DNA of 64,000 nt from assembly GCA_025558095.1 (NCBI GenBank), contig JAIVFI010000045.1, forward strand, positions 142,728-206,727, in the 5' to 3' direction. Positions 23,460 to 35,023 of this stretch are shown here, piece by piece; the first letter of the stretch is position 1; each line of letters begins with the position of its first letter. The notes under the pieces are model-generated. The model was not told the DNA's origin, did no database searches, and saw only the letters and a list, made by a program, of their open reading frames with translations. Position numbers and translations under genes: made by a program. Origin of the DNA: Hyaloraphidium curvatum SAG 235-1 (Eukaryota > Fungi > Monoblepharomycota).

Positions 23460-24662
23460 ATGTCTCGTTCCCCGGTATCCGCCTTCGGCATCTGCCGGCA
23501 GGCTCTCTCTGCCCGGAGAACGATACTTCCGGCACCATCTCCGGGATTTCCGGGGCTATTGGCCCCCCGGCTGCCCTCCCGATTCGCCGGCTGCATCCGA
23601 AACTCCTCGACAGACACGACGAGCTCCGGCGACGATGATCCTGTCCAAAACCTGCGCAACATCCTGCAATCGTCGTTTTTGCTACAGACGCGGTCTTCTG
23701 CGGAGGTTGCGAAAGCCTGGGACGCGTTCCAGCGTGTTCCGAACAAGAGGCTCCTCAACCGCACGGACTTTCAGAGCATACTCAACACTCAGCTCTGGGA
23801 ACACCAGGAACTTGGTTCGAAGTCGCAGGCCTCTGTCAGGATCGAGTCCATTTTGTCGGACATGGCCCAGAACGGCTTCCCGCCTGGATACATAGAGAAC
23901 AGTGTGCGACTTCGCGTCCAGGCGCCGTCGTTCGACTACGAAAGAGCTGCTTCCGAGATTCGGACAATGCACGCTGCCGGCAACCTTGCGGATCAGCACT
24001 CTGTGATCATCGTTCTCGCTCTGGCGGACCGTGACGGGCACGTCGGCCGGGCTCGAAAAGTCATCTACTTTCATCAGCATCTGCTCGGTCTCCTCACGCC
24101 TTCGACGTCTTTGACGATCCCGCTCTTGCTCCACGTGTTGAACAATCCCCAAAAGTTCGAGTTCTCCGACTCGGATCAGCCGGACGAACCTGTTTCCTTG
24201 GACGAGAGACCGCAGGAACCCGTCCCCTCCCTTCCCGGGTACCTGGACAACGCGCTCAAGGCCTGGCAGCGCGACATCCTGGCCTACTCGCTGCCGCTCT
24301 CGTTGCCTGCCTACTCGCTTCTGATCCACCATCTTCTGCGGCACGACCAGCTCCACACTGCCAACACGGCCCTGAATGACGCGCTGGCACACGGATTCGA
24401 CCTCGGATGGACGCTGATGGCGCCCTTCATAGAGCACTTTGTCGCGCTGGGCGAACTGGAGAAGGCTATGAGGGTCTTTACCGGGATCCGGGGCAAGGAG
24501 GGGCCGAGCGAGCCCGTTCCGGGCCGGGTGTACGAGACGCTGATCGGCGGGCAGCTCCAGGCGGGCAACATGAAGCTGGCGAAAGAGCTTTTCGGGGAGG
24601 CAAAGAAGAACGGGCTTTCCGAGGGCGCAATAAGGCGGTTCAAGGCGGGAGCGGGCTTGTAA
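23460..24662 (+). CDS. PPR/helical-repeat protein, probably mitochondrial
   Basis: Basic amphipathic N-terminus; PPR-like repeats AYSLLIHHL, VYETLIGG..AGNMKLAKELFGEAKK. Confidence 0.6.
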   Translation: MSRSPVSAFGICRQALSARRTILPAPSPGFPGLLAPRLPSRFAGCIRNSSTDTTSSGDDDPVQNLRNILQSSFLLQTRSSAEVAKAWDAFQRVPNKRLLNRTDFQSILNTQLWEHQELGSKSQASVRIESILSDMAQNGFPPGYIENSVRLRVQAPSFDYERAASEIRTMHAAGNLADQHSVIIVLALADRDGHVGRARKVIYFHQHLLGLLTPSTSLTIPLLLHVLNNPQKFEFSDSDQPDEPVSLDERPQEPVPSLPGYLDNALKAWQRDILAYSLPLSLPAYSLLIHHLLRHDQLHTANTALNDALAHGFDLGWTLMAPFIEHFVALGELEKAMRVFTGIRGKEGPSEPVPGRVYETLIGGQLQAGNMKLAKELFGEAKKNGLSEGAIRRFKAGAGL

Positions 24663-24675
24663 CAAGCCCAAGAAT

Positions 24676-25974
24676 CTATTGCTTCCATTCCGCGATCCCG
24701 TTCCAAAACCAAAACTCGTGCACCCTCCCCTGCCAATGGGCCGCGTCCTCCGATCGCGGAATACCACGGATGACGACCTTCTTGGGCGCCGCGGCCCGGA
24801 GCACCTCGGCCGCCTTTGCCAGGTCCTCGAGCTTCATCGTCGGCTTGGGATGGCGCAGCTCCAGCGTCGACAAGCCCGCCGGCAACCCCTGCCGGATACA
24901 GTCCGTTTCGCAATCATTCAGCACGAGCCGTCCGATATCCGAAGATCTGATCATCCTCAACCGCGGGTGCGGCGAGTTCAGCTCGAGCGTCCCGAGCTTC
25001 CTAGGTATCCCGAACGGGATGCAAGAGTACTCCCCGCCGCGGAGGGTAAGGTGCGAAAGCTGCAGCGAGTCGAGACCCGGCACGGGGCGGCTGATCGTCG
25101 GCACGTGGGTGATCTCGAGGTGCGGGACGCCCGCCAGGGCCGGGAGGAGCGGCTCGAGGTCGTGCAGCGGCACCACGGCGCGCTTGAGCTTGGTCATCAG
25201 CTGTGGGTAGGCGGAGAGGTTACCGACGGTCGGGCCGGTGGTGTTGAGGAAGATAGAAGAAACCTGGTCCGGCTTCGTGGCCAGGAGATCAAACAGCGGG
25301 CGAAAGTCGGACAGGTAGGTGAACCCGTTCACGACGACGTGCTTCAGCGACGGCGGCAGGGTCCCGAAAGCCGGTGCGCTCGACCCGAACATCCACTTGT
25401 GCCGGGAAAAGTGAGGCAGGCTCGGAAAGTCGAGCACCAGGGTCTCCAACGCCCGCCCGGCCTCCAAGTTGCCGAGCAGCGGGGGCAGCTCGTGGAGATC
25501 CTCCAGGTATACTTCGAGCCGCGTGATCTGCGGCAGGCAGCGCCGGACGAGGTCGCGGTGCCACGGTTCCTCCGGGTCCACGCGCAGCCTGAGCGTCCTC
25601 ACGTGGCACAGCCTGGGCAGGCCCCGCCTTTCGCCCGCCAACAATGTTGCAACGTGGCGCTCCCGCAACCGGAGTTTCCTGCAGCTGTCGCGTTCGCCCA
25701 CTTCGAGCTCGCGGAAGGCGATTGGGAGGCCGAGGAGATAGCAGCTCCGGCTCGCCAGGAGCAGGCAAAGGAGGGAACGCCTCCAGCCTCGGCGCAGAAG
25801 CTCGTCCATGATGACAATGAGCAGTTCCATCGGGAGCTTTGGCCTGTCCGGGGGTTCCTTCGGGCCGGGAGACGGCGCCGGAGATTTGGCAACTTGGGCC
25901 GTCAGGCGGCCACCGAGGGCGCCGCTGCCCGCAGGGAACGGCCCCATGTCGTCGAGGAGTGAATGATCTATCAT
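24676..25974 (-). CDS. F-box-like / leucine-rich repeat protein
   Basis: KLPMELLIVIM..LLLASRSCY..P..FREL followed by LxxLxL repeats. Confidence 0.7.
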   Translation of the reverse strand: MIDHSLLDDMGPFPAGSGALGGRLTAQVAKSPAPSPGPKEPPDRPKLPMELLIVIMDELLRRGWRRSLLCLLLASRSCYLLGLPIAFRELEVGERDSCRKLRLRERHVATLLAGERRGLPRLCHVRTLRLRVDPEEPWHRDLVRRCLPQITRLEVYLEDLHELPPLLGNLEAGRALETLVLDFPSLPHFSRHKWMFGSSAPAFGTLPPSLKHVVVNGFTYLSDFRPLFDLLATKPDQVSSIFLNTTGPTVGNLSAYPQLMTKLKRAVVPLHDLEPLLPALAGVPHLEITHVPTISRPVPGLDSLQLSHLTLRGGEYSCIPFGIPRKLGTLELNSPHPRLRMIRSSDIGRLVLNDCETDCIRQGLPAGLSTLELRHPKPTMKLEDLAKAAEVLRAAAPKKVVIRGIPRSEDAAHWQGRVHEFWFWNGIAEWKQ

Positions 25975-26142
25975 ACTTGCCCGGTTTCGGGGCAAGTTTC
26001 GTCCACCGCTATGGCCAGCTGACCTCCGTGCTGACAAGCTGCGGCGCCTGAGTCGATCAGATCACAACTACACGCGACTTTTGTGACCGCCCTCTGCGCC
26101 GCTCCGGGGGGTCGATATTCCCCGCATCGCACCTCAACTGCG

Positions 26143-26493
26143 ATGCAGCTTCCCCTATTGGCCTACCGGACACTTTCACGGGCGCTCCCGCGCCCGCGCC
26201 CCGGCGTCCTCCGCCCAAACTCCACCTCCGCCTCCCCCCGCCCCTCGGCGGAGCACACGTCCTACCCCCTCCCCAAACTCTCCCCCGTCGCCGCCAAAGG
26301 CCAGCTCCCCCCCTCGTTCTACCTCAAGGCGTACCTCGTGGGCATCCTCCTCGGGGGCGCGATGGAGGCGCTCATGTCCACGACGGGGTTCTACGACTCC
26401 CTGAGGATCGCCGAGGGGAAGCGGATGGCGAGGGAGATGGAGGAGATGGAGAAGGTGGTGGAGGAGATGAAGAAGGAGGGGAAGGTGGCGTGA
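26143..26493 (+). CDS. Small single-TM mitochondrial protein (SMIM4/UQCC5-like)
   Basis: Presequence-like N-terminus; LGGAMEALM..GFYD motif followed by a charged helix. Confidence 0.55.
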   Translation: MQLPLLAYRTLSRALPRPRPGVLRPNSTSASPRPSAEHTSYPLPKLSPVAAKGQLPPSFYLKAYLVGILLGGAMEALMSTTGFYDSLRIAEGKRMAREMEEMEKVVEEMKKEGKVA

Positions 26494-27277
26494 TGGACGC
26501 AACGGGGCGGACCGGACGCGGAGGCGACGCCGGGACGTGAAATCGGCTTCTTGGACGCGTTGTTCCGGGCTTCGCGGTTCCGGAGGGCACCGGTCGGTCC
26601 ATGGACGCTGGAAGCGTTGCCTCGAGTGGCCGATGAAGGTCATCTGCTCGTAGGATTGTCGGTCGAAGGCAGCTCGGTCATGTAGATCCCCTGGAGGAAG
26701 GATCTCGATTCCCAAACAATCTACCGCATTACTCTGTAATCGCAGCAAGCTCCACGTCGCGCCGGTAGGCCGCGATCGATCGGGCGGGATCAGGAACGCG
26801 TCGGAGAAGGCGTCATCGTGACAACTCTTGGCATCCGACCTCTGCCCTCTATTCTCGATGCGCAGAGCGGTAGATATGGTCTGAACGTCGAATGAATTCA
26901 GCTGGGCCCGCAAAATCACGGTGGACGAGGGGTATTCGCTGACGGGAGACGTTCGGAGAGCGTCCTTGCGGTTCCATACCCCATCTTTCGACAGCTGCAC
27001 ATCGGCGACGCGATCCGCCGGCGCGATCGGATCAATGCAACCGATCCAAACTGCCAGCGGTGGCTCGGCGGTGGTATAGAGGACGCGAAGTTGGCGTTGC
27101 GTGCGGGATCGTGCACCCGACCCGATCGCGTGTGCGCGCTCGAGCACGCGACCTCCGCGTCTGCCAACCGTCGGGCGGAGTCAGCCGACGGTCCGCGCAC
27201 GCGCACCTCCGCCCCTCCGTCTCCGTTGCCTTAGCCCGCTCCCGTTTTCTCCGCGCCGCCGCCGCCCGCCCACCGCC

Positions 27278-29547
27278 ATGCCGCGTCTCCCCCCCGCGGT
27301 CGCCGCCGGCGCTGTGCTGCTCGCTCTCGCGCTCGCCGCGCTGCCCGCCGCCGCGCAGGTGCCGTCGGCGTGCCTCGCCGCGCAGCGCGATCCCGAGATC
27401 CCCGAGTTCGAGCACTGCTCGTGCCCCATGAACGACGAGGTCGACGCTTTCCGGCCCGGCGTCGACTACTTCCCGGACAAGGCCGTCTCCAGTGGGTACC
27501 GCGCGAGCGCGCGAAAACGGCGCGGGGGCTGCACGCGATCCGCTGCCGGGACCTGCTGGCACGGCGCCGCCTCCGTCGGGTGATCAGCAGAGCGGGGGGC
27601 ATGGGTGTCCCCAACAGGCTCGGCGCCCTTTCGGCGGTCCTGCCCCGCGGCGCCTGCCATTTCGCCCCTTGCCTATTTCTTACGCACGTATCTGTCCCGC
27701 AGACAACCCGCAGTTCTGGCGGATCGACTACTACAACTCCTACAAGGTGGGCCGTCATCTCGGTCCGCTCAGACTGCCCCTTCTGATCGACCGCGTTTCC
27801 AGGTCATTACGAACTTCCGCGACGGGGAAACCTACGTCCTCTATCTCTGCAGCACTCCGGTACGTGGCCTGGCGTTCGAAGTGTGACTGGCGAGCCTCGA
27901 GTTGATCACCCACCCTTTGTCTCGCAGCCCCCCAACGCGACCAACTTCGCGCCCAACGCCAAATTCTTCCAGATCCCGCTGCAGCGCGTCATGATCGGCG
28001 ACATCGGCCTGCTCGCCTTCTTCACCCGTCTCGGCCTGCTCCCCGCCATCGGCTACGTCCCCGACCCGTCGGACCTCGCAGGGGGCTGCGGCCAGCGCCT
28101 GGTCGAGCTGGGCCGCATCCGCGGGATCCCCGAGACCGAGGGCGTCGGCGACTCGGTCGACGCGGCTTTTGTCACCTCGGGCGAGCTGCTCAACAGGACC
28201 GCGACCAACGGCTCGGGGAGGATGCTGGTACCGCCGTCGCTCGCCGTGCGGGTGCCCATCAGGCTCGACCCCTCGCCCATCTCGCGGATGGAGTACATCC
28301 TGTTCCTGTCGGCCTTCTGGAACCTCGAGGAGTCGGCGAGGCGGATCTGGGCGCAGGGCGTGGGGCAGTACGAGTGCAACGTCAACCAGGTGGGCCCCCA
28401 CATGAAAGACTTTAATGTATTGTGCTAATTGCGCCGTTTCTCAGATCAAGCTCAGCGTTCTCCGCCGCCCCGTCGTCGCCTGGCTCCGCCGCGAGCCGTC
28501 CGGCTTCTTCATCACGGTATGTTCGCTGATCCACCCAACCGTGCTCTGCTCATTGCCTTTTTGGTCGCCAGCCGGAGCACCCGTACCGCACGTCCATTCT
28601 TCTATCGGCCGGCGCCAACGCCATGGTCGCCCAGCAGCCCGTCTCGCTCGCGGACGTCCAGAAGGGTCTCCTCGGCGCCGAGTGAGTGATCTCATGCCTT
28701 GGGCGCCGGTCGCCTCCTGATTCGACCCCATCGCAGCTTTATCATTGACGAGACGGAGCGGGTCAACGACCTCGAGGACTTCCTCTCGGTCTACCAGCTC
28801 AACTCCACGGGCCTGTTCGGAAAGAGCCCGTACCGCTTCCTGGAGAGGAGGCAGGTATGGCGCGTGGACAAGGTCAAGCCGAGCCCCAACAGTCTGAGCA
28901 GCGGTGCGTTGGCGGCGCACATTACAAGTCGCTTCGCGTGCTTACTGTGCTGCCATTCCTCAGGCTTCGCCCAGCTTTCGCTCTCGACCGCCGACATCCT
29001 GCTCGCTGACGTGCTCGCCGCGGTCTACCCGAGCTACAACCCCGGCATCTCCACGCGCTGGCTCCGCAATATCGCCGTCGCCGAGCCCGTCCTGCAAAAC
29101 ACCCCCCTCTCGTGCCAAACCACCGCCCAGGTGTCGGCCCCCGGCCCCAACGTACCGCGGGACCTCTGCCCCAGCGCGCCCTTCCCCAACGGCAACCCGT
29201 GGGCCGTCAGCCCCCCGGACTCGAGCTCCGGCGTCTCCTCTGCCCCTCCTCCGTCGCCCGTCAACGCCCCCCCGCCGCAGGGGAGCACCGTCAACGTCGT
29301 CGCCATCTCCGTGGGCGTCACCCTGGGCGTCGTCGCCCTCCTCGTCGGCGGCGTGCTTTTCTGGGGCCACAGGCGGCACGGCTGGTTCGCCCCGCGGGGC
29401 GGGTCCGACGGCCCCGGCGGCAAGCCCGAGGGCGGTGGCTTCGTCAAGCTCGAGGACGACTTTGCCGGCGTCGCGGGGAGGAGAGGGACCAAGATCCCCG
29501 ACGCGCCCGGGGCGCAGAGGGGCGATTCGGCGGTCGACCTCGCCTGA
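27278..29547 (+). CDS. Secreted, C-terminally TM-anchored periplasmic-binding-fold protein (CBA1 cobalamin-acquisition-like), multi-exon
   Basis: Signal peptide; DYFPDK, F.IDYYNSYKVITN..YVLYLC, P..RMEYI.F.S.FWN.E, FIIDET, VWRVDK, D.LLAD, RWLRNIA; TM helix then FVKLED. Confidence 0.65.
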
Positions 29548-29976
29548 TCGCCGGTCGGGGGCGCGGATGTTTTGGGAACCTGCTTTTGGATCGGGATACC
29601 GGGTCATTTGGGGTGAGAACTGATTCATTGGGAACATGGGACGATACCCGGCCCCGGGATGGGGCCCCAACGGGGAGTACAGTTGGATGCGATACCAGAG
29701 TCTCGGGAAAGGACGCTTGGCTGTACATAGCGCATCGCTGCCATTTGTATCAAGCACGGGGCTCGCAAAAGTATCAGTACATTCTTTCTGGTGGAATCTT
29801 TCGGGAGACAATGTTCGTCCGGTATGCGTTGCGGCGCGGCGATAATGGCGTCACTAGGACCCTGCACAGCACTCCCCTGAATACAACCTTGGCGTTCTGC
29901 CGTTGCGAAGGATACCTTTGCCAGACGGTCCGGGCACTTTGCTCTTCTCCTCGAGACAAAGATTGTGCAGCACAGG

Positions 29977-30491
29977 ATGGCCGACTCGAGGGAGCGCAAC
30001 CTCGCGACCGCAGGCGCCATTTACCAGGCTTTCGGAACGGGAGACATCCCGACGATCCTCTCCCACCTCGCGGACGACGTGCTGTTTGATGCCGACTGGG
30101 CCGATAACTTTGCGCAGCGCGGCCAGGGCCCGAACACCCTGAAGCCGCGGCGCGGGCACGCGGGCGCCGGGGAGTTCTTCGCCGCCGTCGGCGCGAGCAA
30201 GGTGGAGGAGTTCCAAGTCGTCGACATCCTCGCCAGCGGGAACCAGGTGGCCGCGCAGATCACCATCGCCACCAGCTCGCCCAACGGGGGAAAGCTGCGC
30301 GACGAGGAGATCCACCTGTGGTGGGTGGCTTCACATCCGTGTTTGAGGGACGCCGTCTGAACAGGCAACGGCCGTATGGGGCGCACAGGAAGTTCAACGA
30401 AGACGGCAAGGTCGTCGCAATCCGCCACTACTGCGACACGGCGAAGCACATCGAAGCTGCCAAGGGTGTGGACACGACAGTCAAGCCTTGA
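29977..30491 (+). CDS. SnoaL/ketosteroid-isomerase-like (NTF2 fold) protein; one intron
   Basis: YQAFGTGDIPTILSHLADDV, EIHLWKFNEDGKV..RHYCDTAKH. Confidence 0.85.
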
Positions 30492-30742
30492 TAAGCAGCA
30501 TTAGTAGCATTGGCCGATGCGCTCTGACAACATCGTTGCGCAATCGTCTTGTCAACGCTTAGCCGGCAATTGTTCGTCTGCTGTTTTCCTAGCATTTGGA
30601 GGTCTTGTAGCTGCCCTCCTGTCGTGAGTCACAACACACTCGGAGCAGGTTACCGACATATAGCGCTGAGCCGCGCAGTCGTGCGTCGACCGTGTCGCTG
30701 CGCCACACCGACTGACTACCCACTTGGCCGAAAAGAATCCAG

Positions 30743-31566
30743 CATGTAAATTTCTTCACTCCTTCCGCAGATTGCCTCTTTTGATTCTCCGTTCGGTTGG
30801 AACCGCTCGCGCGCGGCGTCCCTCTCAACTTGCCAACTTTCAAATCCCTCTTCAGGCAGCGCTTTAGGACGATGGCAGCAATTGCTGCCTCCAAAGCGCG
30901 CATGCAAGAAGCACAGACGACTTGGGCTTGGTCGCTGGGCACAGCACAGGACGCGGAGGCCTCCCTTGCGGCCCGCGTCCACGCGAAGGACGCTGCGGCG
31001 CGCGCGTGGGCCGCGCTCTTTCCCGGCCCGAGCGAGGAAATGGCTGTCGTCATCTCTCTACAGTGATGCTTCGTTTTTGGCCAAGATTCGCACTTTTGCC
31101 GGGACCACAGGCGAAAGCAACCACAGCCTTCGCACCCTCTTTCGGAGCCCTAGTTTCAGACCCACCAAGCTCACACTTTGCTTGACGGATTTGCGGAACT
31201 TTGATTGGACAGCCATCAGACACATGGAGAGTCTTCAACACCTTGCACTTCGTTCACCACAAGCATCTCCCCTCCGTCCTGCCTAACGTCAAAGTACTGG
31301 AGCTCAGCTTCCTTCCTGGTATTGATTATGACGCAAGGAATTGCTCAGTCCTTGCGGAGCCCGATCCCGCTGTCTGGAATGACTTCGGAGCCGTGCAAGT
31401 GACCTGGCAGATGCAACGGCCTACGAGGCACCTGTTTAGCTGTGAGCTACCTCCTGGCGAGAAGCGCACTTCGCTTGAGGAACTGCTGCGGCGGTGGGAG
31501 TCGGAGCGAGCTTTCTGGATGGAGGTTGCGGCCTTGACAGGAGGGTGGTTCTGGGATAGGACCTAG
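30743..31566 (+). pseudogene. Fragmented F-box/LRR-like relic
   Basis: Short ORFs in shifting frames with LQHLAL, LPNVKVLEL and WESERAFW, similar in style to the neighbouring LRR genes. Confidence 0.3.
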
Positions 31567-31716
31567 CTGATGCCTAGATGTACAAAGACGCATTTACTAC
31601 TTGAAGGAGCTTGCTCGAAATGTCCCCTGTTCCCACCGATCTTGGTTTCGGAGGTTCCAGTGCTGATGACTCGCCGGCCGGCTGACGGCTCAACAAACCG
31701 ACGCGGCGTCATCGCC

Positions 31717-32590
31717 ATGGCCGATTTCCAGCCCCTCGACCCCATCTTCTTCCGTCTGACCGCGTCGGACCCATACTGGCGCTTCGGCCACGTCACGGAC
31801 GGCTGGAATGGCGGTCCCGGCCCCGTCCCGTGCTCCCCACGCGCGCGCGTTTCGGTCTCCGTCCCGCGGGAACCCCTCCTCCTCGCGCGCGCCAGCCCCG
31901 AGACCGCCCTCCTCCAACCACCCGAGGGCTCCGCGCCGAGCGACGCGGAGCTGCGCGCGATGCTGGTCTCGCACCGCCTCGCGCGGGAGCGGTTCCGCGC
32001 CGGGGTCGCGCAGGACAGGTTCGCGTTCGTCGCACTCAGGCAGCCGGGCGGGCCGTGGGCATTGGGCGTGATAACCGGGGACGAGGAGGGCGGGACGGCG
32101 CAGGTGGAACTGATCCTGGACGAGGGGACGACGTGGGTCTGCCCCTCGTGGGAGGCAGTCGCCCTGCTGACGACGCGCACCCCCCCGCAGGATCATCCAC
32201 ATCCCGCGCACCCGGCTCAGGCCGGTACCACTGGACTGCCTGCTCCTCCAACCTCACGATCCGGCGCCCGACGGCGCGCTGGAGGAGCTGCGGGAGGCGC
32301 AGGCGCACGTCGCCGTTGTCCGCCAGAGGGCCGGGGGCGCCTCGTTCCTCGGCGACGAGCTGCCGTCGCCCAACGACGACGGCCCGCCGGGAGCTTCCGT
32401 GTCGAGCGAGTCGTACATGACCGAACCGCCCCCGGGCAGCTCCTCGTCGGAAGGGCTCATGTTCCGCGGGCCCGCGCTGCTCCCCGGCGAGACCCGCAGG
32501 CAGCTGTACCTGCCCGAGTCGCCGCGCGATGCGACCAGCTCTCTCGTGGGGATCCCGCTGGGGCCGAATCCGTTGCCTGACGGCCTGTAG
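31717..32590 (+). CDS. Hypothetical protein, one predicted intron
   Basis: GC3-rich ORF starting MADFQPLDP joined to ORF 32399-32590 via GTGGGT..CTGAC..CAG. Confidence 0.5.
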
Positions 32591-32658
32591 CTTATTCACG
32601 CATTCTCTCTCTCTTGTATCTACTTTCATTGCTCTTCTGTAATGCACCTCCGCCTGCG

Positions 32659-33333
32659 TCAATCCTTCCTCTCCACCGGCTTCTCGGAGATGTCGCTCTG
32701 GAGCAGGAAAAACAGCGGGCACGCCGCCGCAAAGTAGCACCAGAACCTCCCCACGCCGGCATGCACGTAGAATCTCCACATGGAGAACGCAAAGGTCGCG
32801 TTGGTCAGCAGCAGCGCGAGCCACCTGATCCTCGGCGTCCGCAGGTTCTGCCACATGCTGGTGTCGAACGAGACGAGGAAGGCCAGGTAGACGAAGGAGT
32901 TGCCGGGCAGGTGGTTCCACTCCCAGTCCAGCGAGGGGGCGGAGCGGGGGGAGGCGGCGGTCCCCCGTACTTCGCGGAGGCAGCGGAGGGTGTAGGGCAC
33001 GGCGACGAGGAGGTAGAGCGACAGGGCGAGGAGGGTGAGCAGCGGGAGCCGGCGCCCGCGGAGGAACCGCATCGCGAGCGCCAGCACCACCGGTTCGAGG
33101 TGGTTCGTCACCGTAGCGGCGCGGGTGGCCCACAGGTTGGCCTTTGTTCCGGGCGGGTTGGACCACAGCAGGTAATCCCAGAGCTGCATGAGGGAGACGA
33201 ACCCGAAGAAGAGCCCGAGCGCGCGGTGCTCCCGCCCCAGCGGGCGGTGCCGGTGCGGGAGGAACCACAGGAGGAGGGAGCCGCCGAGGCCGATGGCGAG
33301 CGCCTGGGCGGAAGCGGAGGCGGAATAGCACAT
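32659..33333 (-). CDS. Intronless multi-pass membrane protein, DUF5765-like (family common in giant viruses)
   Basis: MCYSxxxS start, MQLWDYLLW, NHLEP, L.WEW and GRFWCY motifs; about 6-7 TM helices. Confidence 0.7.
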   Translation of the reverse strand: MCYSASASAQALAIGLGGSLLLWFLPHRHRPLGREHRALGLFFGFVSLMQLWDYLLWSNPPGTKANLWATRAATVTNHLEPVVLALAMRFLRGRRLPLLTLLALSLYLLVAVPYTLRCLREVRGTAASPRSAPSLDWEWNHLPGNSFVYLAFLVSFDTSMWQNLRTPRIRWLALLLTNATFAFSMWRFYVHAGVGRFWCYFAAACPLFFLLQSDISEKPVERKD

Positions 33334-33799
33334 CTGTTGTCTCTGTTGTTTGGGGGAGTTGGGAGTTGGGACGGTTGTGCGGATGAGTCAGATGGAGTCA
33401 GACGGCGTCCCAACGTCAAGGATCCGCAGGCGAATCCCGCCCGCGAGGACAAACGGATGGCGGTTCCGCGCAGGCCGAACAAAATGCCCGGATTTCTGGT
33501 CACGATTCAGACTGGGATCGCGATGCGGGCTGGATCGTCCGAGGCACGAGCCGGGGAGAGGAGGGCCCCGCGCCCATCCCTTTCGACCAAGCAAGGCAGT
33601 ATTCCGACGCGACGCAAGCCCGAGCCACAAGCAGATCGGTCCGGACGACGAAGCATCCCACCTGGCTCCGCCGCGTCTCGCGTTGCATGGCTCCCGACGG
33701 AGAGCGACACTGCAGGTGCCAGGCACCAGCCCGTCCTCGCTGTGCACCACCCCGCGCAATCGCCGCCCGAATCTCGCCACGATTCCCCCTCTCCGCACG

Positions 33800-34711
33800 A
33801 TGTCCTCCCCCGACGCCACCCTGCCGCTCCCCGCCGACGTCCTCCTTGCCCTCGCCGCGCTGGTCCTCCGCCGCGGGCACCTCTCCACGCTCGCGTCGCT
33901 CTCCTCATGCTCGTCGGAACTGCGCGCCCTTTTGGCCCCGGAGCTGTTCCGCTCCGTCGCACTGTCGGACGCCGGCATTGCCGCGGACCCCGCGCGGTTC
34001 GCGGCGGCGGTCGCCGGGTCCCGGTGCGCGCTGCTCGTGCAGGGGCTGCGGCTGCTGAGCGTGCACCGCCCCGCGTCGCTCGCCGCCCTGTCTTCCGCGT
34101 TATCTGCGATGCGCGGCGTGACGGTGCACGCGGACGGGTGCGGTCCCTCGCTGTGGGACGCGCTGGGCAGGCTGCCGACGGGGGCGCTGGGCGGCGTGCG
34201 CGACCGCGCGCCGGTGTCCCCCGACTGGGCGAGGTGGCCCTCCCTGGTCCCGCTCTTGGAGGCGGTGGGATGCACATTGGACGGATTGGGAGCGATCGCG
34301 GCGCTAAGGGCACCGAAACTGGCGGAACTGCGGGTGTCGTGGTTCGCGGCGTCCTTCTCCGGGGGACGGGTGCCGAGTTCGGACGAGGCGTGGGCGGCGA
34401 TCGGGGGTATGGGAACGCTGGCGGTGCTCAGGATCGCGAGGGCGCCGACGGACGCCTTGCGGGGCGCGCGGATGCCCCCCTCCTTGCCCACGTTGGTGCT
34501 GGAGGACCCTCGCCCAACCCTCGGCGAAGACGCGGGGCAAGTGGCACGCGGGATCGCGGAGGCGGGGATTGGCGTGCAGATCGAGCTTAAGGGGAAGCGG
34601 ATGGCGGATGCGTGGGGCTGTGGGGAAAGGCAGGCGTGGGAAGGTGCGGGGGCCAAGTTCGTCGTGCTGCCGGCGACGGTGCTGGCGGGGATGCCGGCGA
34701 TACCGAGGTAG
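33800..34711 (+). CDS. F-box-like / LRR protein
   Basis: LPADVLL..LASLSSCS..LAPELFRSV, LAELRV, LAVLRI. Confidence 0.65.
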   Translation: MSSPDATLPLPADVLLALAALVLRRGHLSTLASLSSCSSELRALLAPELFRSVALSDAGIAADPARFAAAVAGSRCALLVQGLRLLSVHRPASLAALSSALSAMRGVTVHADGCGPSLWDALGRLPTGALGGVRDRAPVSPDWARWPSLVPLLEAVGCTLDGLGAIAALRAPKLAELRVSWFAASFSGGRVPSSDEAWAAIGGMGTLAVLRIARAPTDALRGARMPPSLPTLVLEDPRPTLGEDAGQVARGIAEAGIGVQIELKGKRMADAWGCGERQAWEGAGAKFVVLPATVLAGMPAIPR

Positions 34712-35023
34712 CTGACATCATGTGCGCGTATGGTGTTGGATCCGCGCGCTGGTGCCGGAGAGGGGATCGGCGATGGGGGGCCTTTGTAGTGCGAAGAGCT
34801 GTCTTTCGTGCCATCCCCCCCCATCCGCGGAATCCGCCCCCCGGATCGCTTTCTTTTCGATCCTGGCTTGCATTTCCGGTGCCAGGTTAGCCAGCCGATG
34901 CTGGATGCAGAAGCGAGTCGACTCGGTGCAACATCGGGTCGCGGCATCCGAGCGGCCTCCGACATCTGCCGGCCCCTCGCGACCCTTGACGGACCCCAAC
35001 CTCCCTTTCGCCGTATTGGTACG

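Noticed and set aside
26500-27200. ORF 26176-27147 on the minus strand
   Set aside because: No recognisable motif and overlaps a better-supported gene; treated as intergenic.
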